Below the pieces are notes generated by a model, which had not been told where the DNA came from, made no database searches, and was given only the letters and a program-made list of their open reading frames with translations. DNA of 64,000 nucleotides from an uncultured bacterium (lineage in GTDB: Bacteria > Chloroflexota > UBA5177 > JANWHV01): positions 256,001 to 320,000 of the forward strand of contig CAWHAE010000016.1 in assembly GCA_963827235.1 (NCBI GenBank), in the 5' to 3' direction. The position numbers and the translations under genes were made by a program. This document shows positions 1 through 9,595 of this stretch, piece by piece; within the stretch, counting starts at the first letter, position 1; each line of letters starts with the position of its first letter.

Positions 1-189
1 ACAGACGCCCTTGCCGCATCCGCGTCGATGCCAATGTCTGAGATCAGCCACTCGGGGAAGATCATCATCCTGGCGAAGAAGACTGCCTTCAACTACCCCC
101 AGACAACGGACTGCTCGAACAAGCCTCTGGGGATCACCTGCGCCCACAGCCAGACCTGGAGCGGGACAATTACCATGACTCGCGGCTAA
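1..189 (+). CDS. 3' end of a hypothetical, probably extracellular protein (partial)
   Basis: Frame 1 is open from base 1 to TAA at 187-189 (...PQTTDCSNKPLGITCAHSQTWSGTITMTRG*), with a Cys pair and Thr/Ser-rich beta-like composition. Confidence 0.6.
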   Translation, partial: TDALAASASMPMSEISHSGKIIILAKKTAFNYPQTTDCSNKPLGITCAHSQTWSGTITMTRG

Positions 190-389
190 CTGCCGGCATA
201 CACTCCGGCACCGCGCTCTGCCCACGCATCGAACTATCAGGCGTGCCGCTCGCGATCGCGCCGTGTTGCTTCCGTATCATACACGGCGAACAGGGCGCTC
301 CGAGGGTCGCGGAGCGCCCTGGTCCATTGCCTGCCGGGGGTCCACGCTGCGCGGAGCCGGTTGCGCCCCATGTAGCCGGTCGCCTCCGG

Positions 390-695
390 TCACCGAACGA
401 TGAAGCCTACGATCGTCAGCACGGCTCCCAGCGGTGCACAGGCGTACAGCGAGCGCGGCAAGATCGTCACCGCTCTCCGCGTCGACCGCAGAAACTCCTC
501 GCCGGACTTGAAGCTGATCACATAGGGCGTACGGATCTCGTGATTCTTGGCCACGGTGAACTCGCCCTGCTCGTCGCTCACGGTACCCAGCACGGACACG
601 GTGCGATCCACGGGGAGCACCTGTTCCCTGTAGTGGTACCCGGTAAGCCTGCGCGTGCCGGAATTCCAGCCTCCCAGGTGCATATGAGCTCCCAT
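390..695 (-). pseudogene. C-terminal half of a GIDE (E3-ligase-associated)-domain membrane protein, probably truncated
   Basis: GYHYREQVLPVDRTVSVLG...PYVISFKSGEE followed by a terminal TM helix resembles the GIDE C-terminus. Only 101 aa; starts 3 nt after the upstream stop codon. Confidence 0.5.
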
Positions 696-698
696 GCC

Positions 699-3600
699 TC
701 ACTCGGGCTCGACAACGCGCGCCATAGCCAGCGCGGTAGCCTGATCCACAGTCAGCGCGCGCCCCTCGGCCCTGGCGGCGGCAAAGGCCTCCTCTCCCAG
801 CGCCGCACGCATGGCCTGCACCGCCCGCTCGTGATCGACCCGACCCTCGACCGGCGGCGGCACGGCCAGCGTTTTCCACAATGCCTCCGCGGCACTGCTC
901 AACCGGGCGGCGCGGCGCGGCTGGCCCTGCCGCACTGCAGCCCAGGCCAGCCGCTCCAGGATATCGGCCACCTCGTCCACGGCGTCTATGTCTCGCCCAA
1001 GCACGAGGCCTTCTTGAAGAAGCGTGGTCGATCGTCGATGGTCACCCAGCCGCTCCGCTGCCGCAGCCAGGCCGACGAGTGACACCACACAGCCGTGCCG
1101 GTCCCCCAATTCGCGCGCGAGCGACAGGCTCTCCTCGTGCAGAGATGTTGCCCGCTCGTAGTTGCCCTGCCGGAAAGCAACCGACCCGAGGTTGTCGAAC
1201 GCGCCGGCCATGCCTTTCTTATCGCCGGTCGCTTCGAAGAGCGCCAGGGCCTGCTGGTAGAGCGCCACGGCCCTCTCGTCATCACCCCGGCGATCCCAGA
1301 CGGCCGCCAAGTTGCCCAGAGTCCTTGCGATCTGCAGCGTGTCTCCGCGCTGCCGTGCTACCGACACGGCCTCTTCGAAGAGCATGGCCGCGGTAGCATA
1401 GTCACCCCGTCGATCCGCCACGATTCCCAGGTTGGTGAGCGAGCCGGCAGCGCCCTGTTGATCTCCGGCGGCGCGGAACAACGCCAGCGCTTCCTCGTAG
1501 TGCGCCGCCGCCTCGGTATACTGGCCCTGGCTGAGCGCGAGGTTGCCCGCGCCTTTGAGCGCGGCGGCGCGCAGGCCGGCAGGCGTTGCGCCGCCGGCAG
1601 CCAGTGCCCACTCCAGCCAGCTTCGCCCCTCACGCAAATGGCCCGTCGTGAACCAATAGCGGCTGAGAGCCGTCGCCAGGCGCAGCCCACTCTCGCCGTC
1701 TCGCTGCTCACGCGCCCAACTCAACGCAGCCCGAAGGTTGTCGTGCTCTGCCTGCAGGCGCGCCGACCAGGCGCTCTGATCCGGCCCGCTCAGTCCCGGC
1801 GCCGCCGTTTCGGCGAGGTCCACTGCCCAGGCCAGGTGCCGGTCTCGCATCGCGACGGCCTCGCCAGCCACCGCCAGGTGCTCGGCGGCGAATTGCCGTA
1901 CCGACTCCAGCAGGCTGCACCGAGCGGCTATGGAGCTTTCGTCCAGGCCGACCAGGGACTTCTCGATCAGTGTATCGAGGAGCTGGGGCGCCGTCCGTTC
2001 CGCGATGCCCAGTCCGGCACACACCCGCGCGACGGCATCCATGGAGCAACCGCCCGCGAATACCGACAAACGCTGGAGCAGCAACTGCTCAGGCTCTGCC
2101 AGCAGCCCCCAGCTCCAATCCAGCGTCGCCCGCAGCGTTTGCTGGCGCGGCAGCGCGTCGCGAGGCCCGCCGGTGAGCACGGCAAGGCTGTCCGCCAGGC
2201 GGGAGGCGGTCACCTCCAGAGGCAGGCTGCCTACCTGCGCCGCCGCGAGCTCGATGGCCAGCGGCATGCCATCGAGTCGCCGGCAGATCTGGACCACCAC
2301 GGCAGCGTTCTCGTCGCGCAGGGCGAAGTCGGAACGCCTCGCGCGCGCCCGCTCCACGAATAGCCGCACGGCATCGTATTCCTGCAGCACCGCCGGCGAG
2401 TTCGCCGCGCCGGGTGCGGGCAAGCCAAGCGAAGGTACTCGATAGGTGCTCTCGCCGCCGATGGCCAACCTCTCCCTGCTGGTAGCCAGCAACTGGACAC
2501 CTGGGCAACGCCGTAGCACTGCCGAGGCCAGCTCCGCGCAGGCCGGGAGCAGGTGCTCGCAGTTGTCCAGCACAAGCAGCAGTCGTGCGGCACCAAGGTG
2601 CTCTAGGATGGTGGCCGGAAGCGGACGGTCCGGCCATTCCCGCAGTCCCAATGCGCCGGCCACGGCCTGCGGCACCAGGTCAGGATCGCGCAGCGCCTCG
2701 AGCTCTACCAGCCACGCACCCTCCGGGTGGTCCTCGAGCAAATCCGCCGCTACCGCCAGCGCCAATCGCGTCTTCCCGCACCCGCCGGCGCCCACAAGGG
2801 TGACCAGCGACGTCTGTCCCAGTAACGTTTCCACCGCCCCCTGATCGCGCTCGCGACCGACGAAGCTTGCCGGGTGCACCGGCAGGTTGGTGGGAGGCAT
2901 CTGCGGCAGGCGGAGAGATGGAAAGGTGCCGGAGAGAGATGCCGGAATCACCTGGTCGAGCGCTTGCGGGCGCTCCACAGGACTCAGGCTGTGACGGCCC
3001 AGGGCCTGCAGCCGCGCTCCATCCGGCAAGCCGGCCCGGACCGCCTCGCGGCTGGAAGCCGTGAGCAGGAGCTGGCCGCCATGTCCAAGCCGGGCCAGGC
3101 GCACTGTTCGTCGCAGCGTGGGTCCGGCGTAATGGCCACCGGCGCCCGGCTCGGACCAGCCGGTGTGGACGGCGAGGCACACCGGCACCGCTCCCGTAGC
3201 CGGGTCGACTATCGCGGGCACCCGTGCTCCCGACCCATCCCATAGTGCTTGCTGCAGCGCGCATGCCACCGTCACCGCTCCGACTGCATCCAGAAAGATA
3301 CACACCGCGCCGTCAGAATTCTCCGGCGGGTCCATCAAGCGTCCTGCGTGCCGCGACACCGACTGGTCGAGAAGCCCGGTCAACCACACCGAGATCTGCT
3401 GCCACGCATGTGCTTGCTGGGCCTCGGGCAGTGCCGCGAGTAGCGGGCGGCAGGCCAGAAATGTCACGACGCCGCTGGGGAGGGGTGGAGAGGATGAGAT
3501 CGCAGATGGCTCTGGGGCGGTCAACGGTGCCGCCCGCGGCGAGCGATCGTGGCTGACCGCCGCTCGGAAAGCCGATCGCAGCTCGGCACGCGCGACCGTG

Positions 3601-3803
3601 TCGAGTGCGAGCGCCGCAGCCAGGGCGCCGACCAGCAGGTCGAGCGTGCTTTGCCTGGGCACGTATCCGCGTCCAGCCTCAAGATTGCTGATCGTGTTGG
3701 CGCTTATTCCAGCCCGCTCTGCCAGGGCCTCCTGCGTCAACTCCGCGCTCTTTCGGGTCCGCACGAGCAGCGCGCCCAAGGCGGATTCGTGTTCAGTCTC
3801 CAC
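699..3803 (-). CDS. STAND-type regulator: XRE HTH + degenerate adenylate/guanylate cyclase-like domain + P-loop ATPase + wHTH + TPR repeats
   Basis: LTQEALAERAGISANTISNLEAG (XRE HTH); NLPVHPASFVGR; Walker A GAGGCGKT; Walker B LLVLDNCEH; LDGMPLAIELAA; C-terminal TPRs. GTG start at 3803 after AGGGGA. Confidence 0.9.
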   Translation of the reverse strand: METEHESALGALLVRTRKSAELTQEALAERAGISANTISNLEAGRGYVPRQSTLDLLVGALAAALALDTVARAELRSAFRAAVSHDRSPRAAPLTAPEPSAISSSPPLPSGVVTFLACRPLLAALPEAQQAHAWQQISVWLTGLLDQSVSRHAGRLMDPPENSDGAVCIFLDAVGAVTVACALQQALWDGSGARVPAIVDPATGAVPVCLAVHTGWSEPGAGGHYAGPTLRRTVRLARLGHGGQLLLTASSREAVRAGLPDGARLQALGRHSLSPVERPQALDQVIPASLSGTFPSLRLPQMPPTNLPVHPASFVGRERDQGAVETLLGQTSLVTLVGAGGCGKTRLALAVAADLLEDHPEGAWLVELEALRDPDLVPQAVAGALGLREWPDRPLPATILEHLGAARLLLVLDNCEHLLPACAELASAVLRRCPGVQLLATSRERLAIGGESTYRVPSLGLPAPGAANSPAVLQEYDAVRLFVERARARRSDFALRDENAAVVVQICRRLDGMPLAIELAAAQVGSLPLEVTASRLADSLAVLTGGPRDALPRQQTLRATLDWSWGLLAEPEQLLLQRLSVFAGGCSMDAVARVCAGLGIAERTAPQLLDTLIEKSLVGLDESSIAARCSLLESVRQFAAEHLAVAGEAVAMRDRHLAWAVDLAETAAPGLSGPDQSAWSARLQAEHDNLRAALSWAREQRDGESGLRLATALSRYWFTTGHLREGRSWLEWALAAGGATPAGLRAAALKGAGNLALSQGQYTEAAAHYEEALALFRAAGDQQGAAGSLTNLGIVADRRGDYATAAMLFEEAVSVARQRGDTLQIARTLGNLAAVWDRRGDDERAVALYQQALALFEATGDKKGMAGAFDNLGSVAFRQGNYERATSLHEESLSLARELGDRHGCVVSLVGLAAAAERLGDHRRSTTLLQEGLVLGRDIDAVDEVADILERLAWAAVRQGQPRRAARLSSAAEALWKTLAVPPPVEGRVDHERAVQAMRAALGEEAFAAARAEGRALTVDQATALAMARVVEPE

Positions 3804-4023
3804 GCTTTGTCCCCTGACCTCCGTCGGCGTGGCGCCGGCGGGCAGGATAGCAACGGCGGTACGCGATAACCAACGTAACCGCTCCAAGCTTCCGAGTCGA
3901 GATTGGGAATCAATTGTGAGTTTTGGGTGGCGCCCGAGTCCACCTCGGGCCAGACTACGGAGGAGAGGATAGGCGGACGAAGCGAGGGACCGCCTGGAGT
4001 GGCTACAGGAGGTAGATACGACG

Positions 4024-5445
4024 ATGAGCAAGCTCATGAGCGTCCGAAAGCTGGCAGTCTGGGGCACACTGCCCCTGCTCGTGCTGGCCATGATCCGGCC
4101 TGTCTATGCCGGCAACCCACCGTATGTCGGCGGCACTTCGGCGGTGGCCCGCGCGTCGTCGGCCGTACCGGCACCGGCTCACCTGACGAACACCGGCGGC
4201 ACCCACGCCGGAAGGGAAGTGCCCGCGCCCGCCGCGGCACCGCGCGGATCGCTCATCAAGCCGATCCTCACCCCACCGGCCATTATAGGTGTACAGTTGC
4301 CGCACGTGGACGCTCCCGGCCTCTACGACTTGCAGGCAACTGCCTCGACGGTGACCGTGAGATGGTACGACCGCTCCGACAACGAGCTGGGCTTCAAGGT
4401 GCTCCGCCGCGATCTGTCGGGCAACTGGCAGGTGGTCTACCAAATCGCCACCAGCGACATGACCGGCAGCAGCGGCAACTACTCGTGGGTCGATACCAGC
4501 ACCAACATCAGCGGTCAATGCTACATGATCGCCGCGTACAACGACTCCGCCACCGGCTACACCTCCGAGGAGTGCACGGTGCGCCCGGATCCCAGCCGGT
4601 TTCCGCAGGCAGTGGGCAGCTACGCGCCGCAGTGGAGCGGACTCAGCAGCACCAACGACGGCACGGGCGATCTGGTGAACGTCGACAACGAGGAGAATCT
4701 GCTCTACGGCGAGCGGACGTGGGGTGTCAACTTGACCTGGGGAGACAGCTCGCTGTGGCGAGTGGAGGCGCAAGGAGGGCCGCATCTGATGAAGGGTGAA
4801 GCCGTGGCGCTGAGGGTGTGGGGAGGCGGCTGGCTGAAGTACGGCACACAGACCTTCGGCGTGGATCTGCAGCTCTCGTCCACTCCGGTCTACGAGTGGT
4901 ATGCCATCGGCCTGCGCGGTGATGCCAGCGAAAGCACGTGGGCTGGACTCGACCTTCGGGACGGCGGCACGTTCGCGCTGTGGAACAGCTCCGCGCAGGC
5001 ATACCTCGTGCAGGGCCATCAGACCTGGGGCATCGGCCTCGAGTGGTACAGGGTGGGGAGCGGCACGTCGCCGACGCCGATTCCTACCCCGGTTCAGCAG
5101 GGAGTGAAGACCGAACAGGTGCTCAACTGTTCCGAAGACCAGCAGCCGGTTGAAGTGTGGATCGCCGATCAGACCACGGGTGCCGCGTTCACCTACGAGG
5201 GCACGGTCGACGAGCAGTATGGCTCGGCCGGCTGCCCAGCCGCCGGCAGCACGCCACTCACCTTCAAGCCGGCATCGGGACATCACTACTTGCTGGTCGC
5301 CACCGACGACACGCTCCCCGGCTGCGATACCGGTAACGACCCGCAGAACGGAGCCTGCCAGAAGATGTACGCGAGTTTCATCGGCGACGCCAACGGATAC
5401 ACGCGTACCGATATCGTCGGCATAGGCACACAGATCACGCCCTGA
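4024..5445 (+). CDS. Secreted multidomain protein: FN3-like domain, three-repeat beta-trefoil-like domain, PT linker, Cys-rich C-terminal domain
   Basis: AGGAGG RBS; signal peptide ending VYA; TVTVRWYDRSDNELGFKVLR...CYMIAAYN (FN3-like); three G-x-x-T-W/F-G-V/I-x-L repeats; TSPTPIPTP linker. Confidence 0.8.
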   Translation: MSKLMSVRKLAVWGTLPLLVLAMIRPVYAGNPPYVGGTSAVARASSAVPAPAHLTNTGGTHAGREVPAPAAAPRGSLIKPILTPPAIIGVQLPHVDAPGLYDLQATASTVTVRWYDRSDNELGFKVLRRDLSGNWQVVYQIATSDMTGSSGNYSWVDTSTNISGQCYMIAAYNDSATGYTSEECTVRPDPSRFPQAVGSYAPQWSGLSSTNDGTGDLVNVDNEENLLYGERTWGVNLTWGDSSLWRVEAQGGPHLMKGEAVALRVWGGGWLKYGTQTFGVDLQLSSTPVYEWYAIGLRGDASESTWAGLDLRDGGTFALWNSSAQAYLVQGHQTWGIGLEWYRVGSGTSPTPIPTPVQQGVKTEQVLNCSEDQQPVEVWIADQTTGAAFTYEGTVDEQYGSAGCPAAGSTPLTFKPASGHHYLLVATDDTLPGCDTGNDPQNGACQKMYASFIGDANGYTRTDIVGIGTQITP

Positions 5446-5470
5446 GCTGAAACGACCGTCAACACTCCTT

Positions 5471-5502
5471 CGCCAGGGCGTGCCGCACGGCACGCCCTGG
5501 CG
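5471..5502 (+). terminator. Perfect hairpin downstream of the secreted protein gene
   Basis: CGCCAGGGCGTGCC-GCAC-GGCACGCCCTGGCG, 14-bp stem; no U-tract. Confidence 0.6.
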
Positions 5503-5589
5503 ATACGCACGTTCCGCAGCGCGTGTCGCGACTATCAAGGCGACCTGAGCCGAAGACGGTGCCGGGATCGCGATACAATAGGCAGTGCC

Positions 5590-6138
5590 ATGCAGCCGGA
5601 ACATGAGGCGCCCGCCGAGCCATGCTACGAAATCATCGAGCTCCCGATCGAGGGGCTCGACCGGTTGGAGCCGCTCTGGCGGCAGCTCAACGCGTTGCAC
5701 TGGAGAGAGTCGCCGTATTTCCGGCGGCATCACGAATCGATCACGTTCGCCGACCGTAAGGCCGCCTGGATCAGGTACGGCGCCGACAGGCTGATCGTGG
5801 CTGCCGTGCGCGAATCTGCTAGCGGAGCACTTCTCGGGTATTGCGTCTCAGGCCACCTGGCCGACGGTCGGGGTGAGATCGAGTCGTTGTATGTCGACGA
5901 CAGCCTTCGCGGCCGAGGATTCGGCTCGCTGTTGGTCAGGCGACACGTGGCGGCGCTGCGAGAGCGCGGCTGCGGGATGATCCGGGTCGCGGTCTCCTAC
6001 GGGCACGAGAGCGTATTCGGATTCTACGAGAAGCTCGGGTTCTACCCTCGCCTCACCTACCTCGAAATGCGAGACCCCCAGATGGAGCCGCCCGCACATG
6101 CGGCGGTACCGACGGAGGATGGAGTATGGCCTTTCTAG
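5590..6138 (+). CDS. GNAT family N-acetyltransferase
   Basis: IESLYVDDSLRGRGFGSLL acetyl-CoA motif A; FYEKLGF. Confidence 0.9.
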   Translation: MQPEHEAPAEPCYEIIELPIEGLDRLEPLWRQLNALHWRESPYFRRHHESITFADRKAAWIRYGADRLIVAAVRESASGALLGYCVSGHLADGRGEIESLYVDDSLRGRGFGSLLVRRHVAALRERGCGMIRVAVSYGHESVFGFYEKLGFYPRLTYLEMRDPQMEPPAHAAVPTEDGVWPF

Positions 6139-7112
6139 TACTCACTCACGAAGACGTGGAGCGGCTCTTAACCTTGGAGGCCTGTATCGAGATCATGGCG
6201 GAAGCGCTCGCTGCTCTGGCTCGAGGCGAGCTGAGCCAGCCACTGCGTTCCATCTATGCCCCGCCTACCGCGAGCGGAGTCATGGCATGGATGCCGACGC
6301 ACCGGTCGGGCGAGGACGCCGTCTATGGCATGAAGCTCCTCTGTGTCATTCCGGACAACCCGAGCCGCGGGCTGGATGGACATCAAGGAGCCGTGGTGCT
6401 CATGGACGGTGTGACCGGAGAACTGCGCGCGCTGATGAACGCATCGGCTATCACGGCCATCCGCACGGCGGCGGTCTCTGCCGTCGCCACACGGCAACTG
6501 GCTCGAGGTGATGCGCGTGAGCTGGCGCTGATCGGGACCGGCGTGCAGGCCCGCTGGCACCTCGAAGCAATGTGCCGCGTACGGCCTATCGAGAAGGTGC
6601 GTGTGGCCGGCCGCACGCCCGGGAGCGCAGTGCAATTCGTGGAGCGGATGCGTCCGAAGGTGCACTGCGCGCTGGAGGCCGTGGAAAGCGCCGAGGCAGC
6701 GGTGCGCGGCGCCGGCATCGTGGTCACGGCGACGACCGCGCGGGAGCCGGTGCTCGAGCGTGCCTGGATCGCGCCCGGCACGCACGTGAACGCCGTCGGC
6801 GCCAGCAGGCCGCCCGACAGAGAAATAGACACGGCAACCTGGTCGGCAGCGTCAGCGTTCGTCGATCGACGAGAGTCGGTGGAACGCGAGGCTGCCGACT
6901 ACCGGCGCGCGATCGACGAAGGTGCGATCCGTCCTGACCATGTCAGAGCAGAGATCGGTGATGTGCTGCTCGGGAGGGCACCGGGAAGGACCACTCGGAA
7001 CGAGATCACGCTCTTCCGTTCACTGGGCCTGGCCGTGGAGGATGTGGCCGCGGCACAGTACCTCCTTCGGTGCGCACCAGGGCGAGGCGCCGGGACCATG
7101 GTGGATTACTAG
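6126..7112 (+). CDS. Ornithine cyclodeaminase / mu-crystallin family protein
   Basis: ITAIRTAAVSAVAT, IGTGVQA, HVNAVGA, ITLFRSLGLAVEDVAAA. Confidence 0.92.
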   Translation: MAFLVLTHEDVERLLTLEACIEIMAEALAALARGELSQPLRSIYAPPTASGVMAWMPTHRSGEDAVYGMKLLCVIPDNPSRGLDGHQGAVVLMDGVTGELRALMNASAITAIRTAAVSAVATRQLARGDARELALIGTGVQARWHLEAMCRVRPIEKVRVAGRTPGSAVQFVERMRPKVHCALEAVESAEAAVRGAGIVVTATTAREPVLERAWIAPGTHVNAVGASRPPDREIDTATWSAASAFVDRRESVEREAADYRRAIDEGAIRPDHVRAEIGDVLLGRAPGRTTRNEITLFRSLGLAVEDVAAAQYLLRCAPGRGAGTMVDY

Positions 7113-7151
7113 GAGACGGTGCGTCGGCGCGACCGGGGTGCTCGAGCGTGG

Positions 7152-7409
7152 CTACACCGGCATCTCGTCGACGTAGCACCAACGCCAGTTCTCGCCGGGT
7201 TCGATCGAACGCATGATAGGGTGCCGGGTAGCGTGAAAGTGCTTGGTAGCATGTGTGTTCTTCGATGAGTCGCAGCAACCCACATGCCCGCAGGTCAGGC
7301 ACTCCCGAAGATGGACCCAGCTATCGCCGGTCTTCAGACACTCCTCACACCCGTCGGCACTGCGCATCACCGATCGTATCTGGTCGAGATGGGCGCAAAT
7401 CGTCGCCAT
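7152..7409 (-). CDS. Stand-alone UBP-type zinc finger protein
   Basis: CAHL...GCEECL...WVHLRECLTCGHVGCCDSS...HATKHF...EPGENWRWCYVDE; GGAGGA RBS. Confidence 0.92.
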   Translation of the reverse strand: MATICAHLDQIRSVMRSADGCEECLKTGDSWVHLRECLTCGHVGCCDSSKNTHATKHFHATRHPIMRSIEPGENWRWCYVDEMPV

Positions 7410-7825
7410 GAATTCCTCCGTGGTCCAGGCACTACGTATGCAGAAAGGGTAGGTCCTTCGGCGATAGCAGTAAAGCGGGCTCTGCTCCGGCCCCGACGCC
7501 AGTTCCCGAACGCTCCCTCCGGCTTCGTCCAGCTCAAGCGGCTCGCCGCCGCCGGCAGCATCCAGTCGAGCCGCGATGCGCGCGATCGGACATGTGCCGC
7601 GCACGGGCGCACGGGACCGATCACAGACGACCCGCTCCCAGGGCGAGGACCTCATGGTCGACGCTTCGCGGATCGCCGGTTCCGGATTCGTCAGCTCGGC
7701 GGGAGAAGTGGCCTTGTGACCGCGGGAACTGGTAGTCTAGGGCCAGGCTATATCGTGAGGTTGTGGATGGGCTGGGCGTCCGTGAAACCCTGAAACGTCC
7801 AACCGAGTAGAACGTATGGTAGGCA

Positions 7826-9595
7826 ATGAGCGGCGGCAGTACGGTGCCGGCTGAGAGACCGGGCGCTATCGCTACGGCAGCACCGCGCCGCTACCGGTGG
7901 CTCGCGGTCGCCTGCACTCTGTTGATCGCGTATGCGTCATTGCCGCCGGCTGGTGTCGCCCCCGCTGTCGCGAGCGCCGGCGCCGATGACGGCACGCGAG
8001 AGTACCCGCGGATAGCCAATCTCTACGGCTACTGGTCGAGTACACAGGCCCGGGCTTTCTCTCGTTACAGCCTCGTCGTATCCGCCCCGCTGGCAGGCAG
8101 CAACGGCGCTCTGCAGAGCTTGAAGGAGGGGAACGCCGCCACAACTATACTGGCATACTTCGAGAGCGCCGAGGCGGACGTGCCGGGGTTCGACGGACTG
8201 AGCATCTATCCCGGGTGGTGGCTGACTCTGGCCGGCACCACTCTGGCAGCTCCTCTCGACGATACGAGTACCACGGTATCGGTGACCGACGGTAGCATCA
8301 TGGCGCAATTCCTGTGGAGCAATCCGGACGTGCTGGTGGATGGAGAGAGTATGCACGTCACGGCGGTGAACGGCAACACACTCACGGTGCAGCGCGGCTA
8401 CAATTCCACGGCGACTTCACATTCGCCGGGTGCGCGCATCGCCGCGCATGCCACCGCGTGGCCTGGCGCGTGGATGCTCAACGCGACCACGTATTGCCCG
8501 ACCAATCCCGCTACGGGCCAAACCTGGGTCATGTACCTGACGGCGACGGCAGCCGCTACCCTGGCGAAGGCGCCGTGGGACGGCATCTTCCTCGACAGCA
8601 TCAATCCGGAGGGCTGGGCGGGTCTGAACGACGGTGCGCTGGACGCGAATAACGACAACGTGGCCGACGGCGGGGAAGGACCGTCGGGAACGGGCTGGGG
8701 GGACGGCGTGGCGACCCTGGTCAGCGGCATCCATGCGCTGGCGCCCAGTGCCGTGCTCGTGACCAACGGCGGCTTCCTGAGCGGCAGCACCGGCGAGGAG
8801 CTGGAGCATTTCAACGGCGCGGCATGGTCGGATCAGTACGCGGTTTACGCTTCGCTGGCAGGGCCCACGGGCACCGGTCCCGACACCATCGTCAATGCCG
8901 ACACCAACAATACCGGCACGCAGAGCCTGCAGGCCATGCGCTTCTACCTGGCAACGGCGCTGATGGGCAACGGCTACTATGCCTACGACTCCGGGTCCGA
9001 TGCTCATGGACAGACCTGGTGGTACGACGAGTACGACGACGGCGCCGGCAGCAGCCTGCCGTCGGCAATCAGCGCCTCGCAGACCTCGCTATCGGTGGCG
9101 ACGGGCACAGGCGGCAGATTCGCGGCCGGCAACGTCGTGCTCGTTCCGGACGGCGGCCTCAGCTACACCGACGAGCAGATGTTGATAACCGCTATCAGCG
9201 GGGACCAACTCACCGTCCGGCGCGGCTTCAACAACAGCACGGCGGTAGCCCATCCGGCCCTGAGCAAGGTGATGACTACCGACCAGCTGGGGAGCGGTCT
9301 GCGGTGGCTGGGCCGGCCGGTTGGACCGGCGAGATATCTGGCCGGCAACTTGCTGCGTCGCGACTTCGCCAATGGAGTGGTCCTGCTCAACGCCACGAGC
9401 AGCGCTCAGACCGTGACCGTCGGCTCCGGGTTTCGCCATATCGCGGGCACGCAGGACCCGGCTTTGAACAATGGGGCAGACGTCAGCGCGGTGCTTATGA
9501 TTCCTGCCCAGGATGCCGTATTCCTGGTGCGAGCGAACAGCGGGAGCCGGTTCCCGTTTGGCCGATGGCAACCCGTGGTCAGGCGGATCACGTGA
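7826..9595 (+). CDS. Secreted or membrane-anchored putative glycoside hydrolase (GHL15-like) with two inserted repeated beta modules
   Basis: N-terminal hydrophobic segment; WDGIFLD, RFYLATALMGNGYYAYD, WWYDEYD, RRDFANGVVLLN. Confidence 0.7.
   Translation: MSGGSTVPAERPGAIATAAPRRYRWLAVACTLLIAYASLPPAGVAPAVASAGADDGTREYPRIANLYGYWSSTQARAFSRYSLVVSAPLAGSNGALQSLKEGNAATTILAYFESAEADVPGFDGLSIYPGWWLTLAGTTLAAPLDDTSTTVSVTDGSIMAQFLWSNPDVLVDGESMHVTAVNGNTLTVQRGYNSTATSHSPGARIAAHATAWPGAWMLNATTYCPTNPATGQTWVMYLTATAAATLAKAPWDGIFLDSINPEGWAGLNDGALDANNDNVADGGEGPSGTGWGDGVATLVSGIHALAPSAVLVTNGGFLSGSTGEELEHFNGAAWSDQYAVYASLAGPTGTGPDTIVNADTNNTGTQSLQAMRFYLATALMGNGYYAYDSGSDAHGQTWWYDEYDDGAGSSLPSAISASQTSLSVATGTGGRFAAGNVVLVPDGGLSYTDEQMLITAISGDQLTVRRGFNNSTAVAHPALSKVMTTDQLGSGLRWLGRPVGPARYLAGNLLRRDFANGVVLLNATSSAQTVTVGSGFRHIAGTQDPALNNGADVSAVLMIPAQDAVFLVRANSGSRFPFGRWQPVVRRIT

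Noticed and set aside
699-3803. Avs/NLR-type anti-phage STAND protein
   Set aside because: The architecture matches the common regulatory ATPase-TPR class, with no nuclease, TIR or SIR2 effector and no defence neighbours.
4003-5733. Long antisense or alternate-frame ORFs (e.g. 4003-5733, 28442-29956, 47790-49298, 1095-2363)
   Set aside because: Shadow ORFs expected opposite real genes in high-GC DNA; no motifs.
390-7409. Bacterial ubiquitin-like system (GIDE E3-associated fragment plus zf-UBP)
   Set aside because: The genes are about 6.5 kb apart with unrelated genes between them; no Ubl, E1, E2 or JAB gene; stand-alone zf-UBP is common in bacteria.
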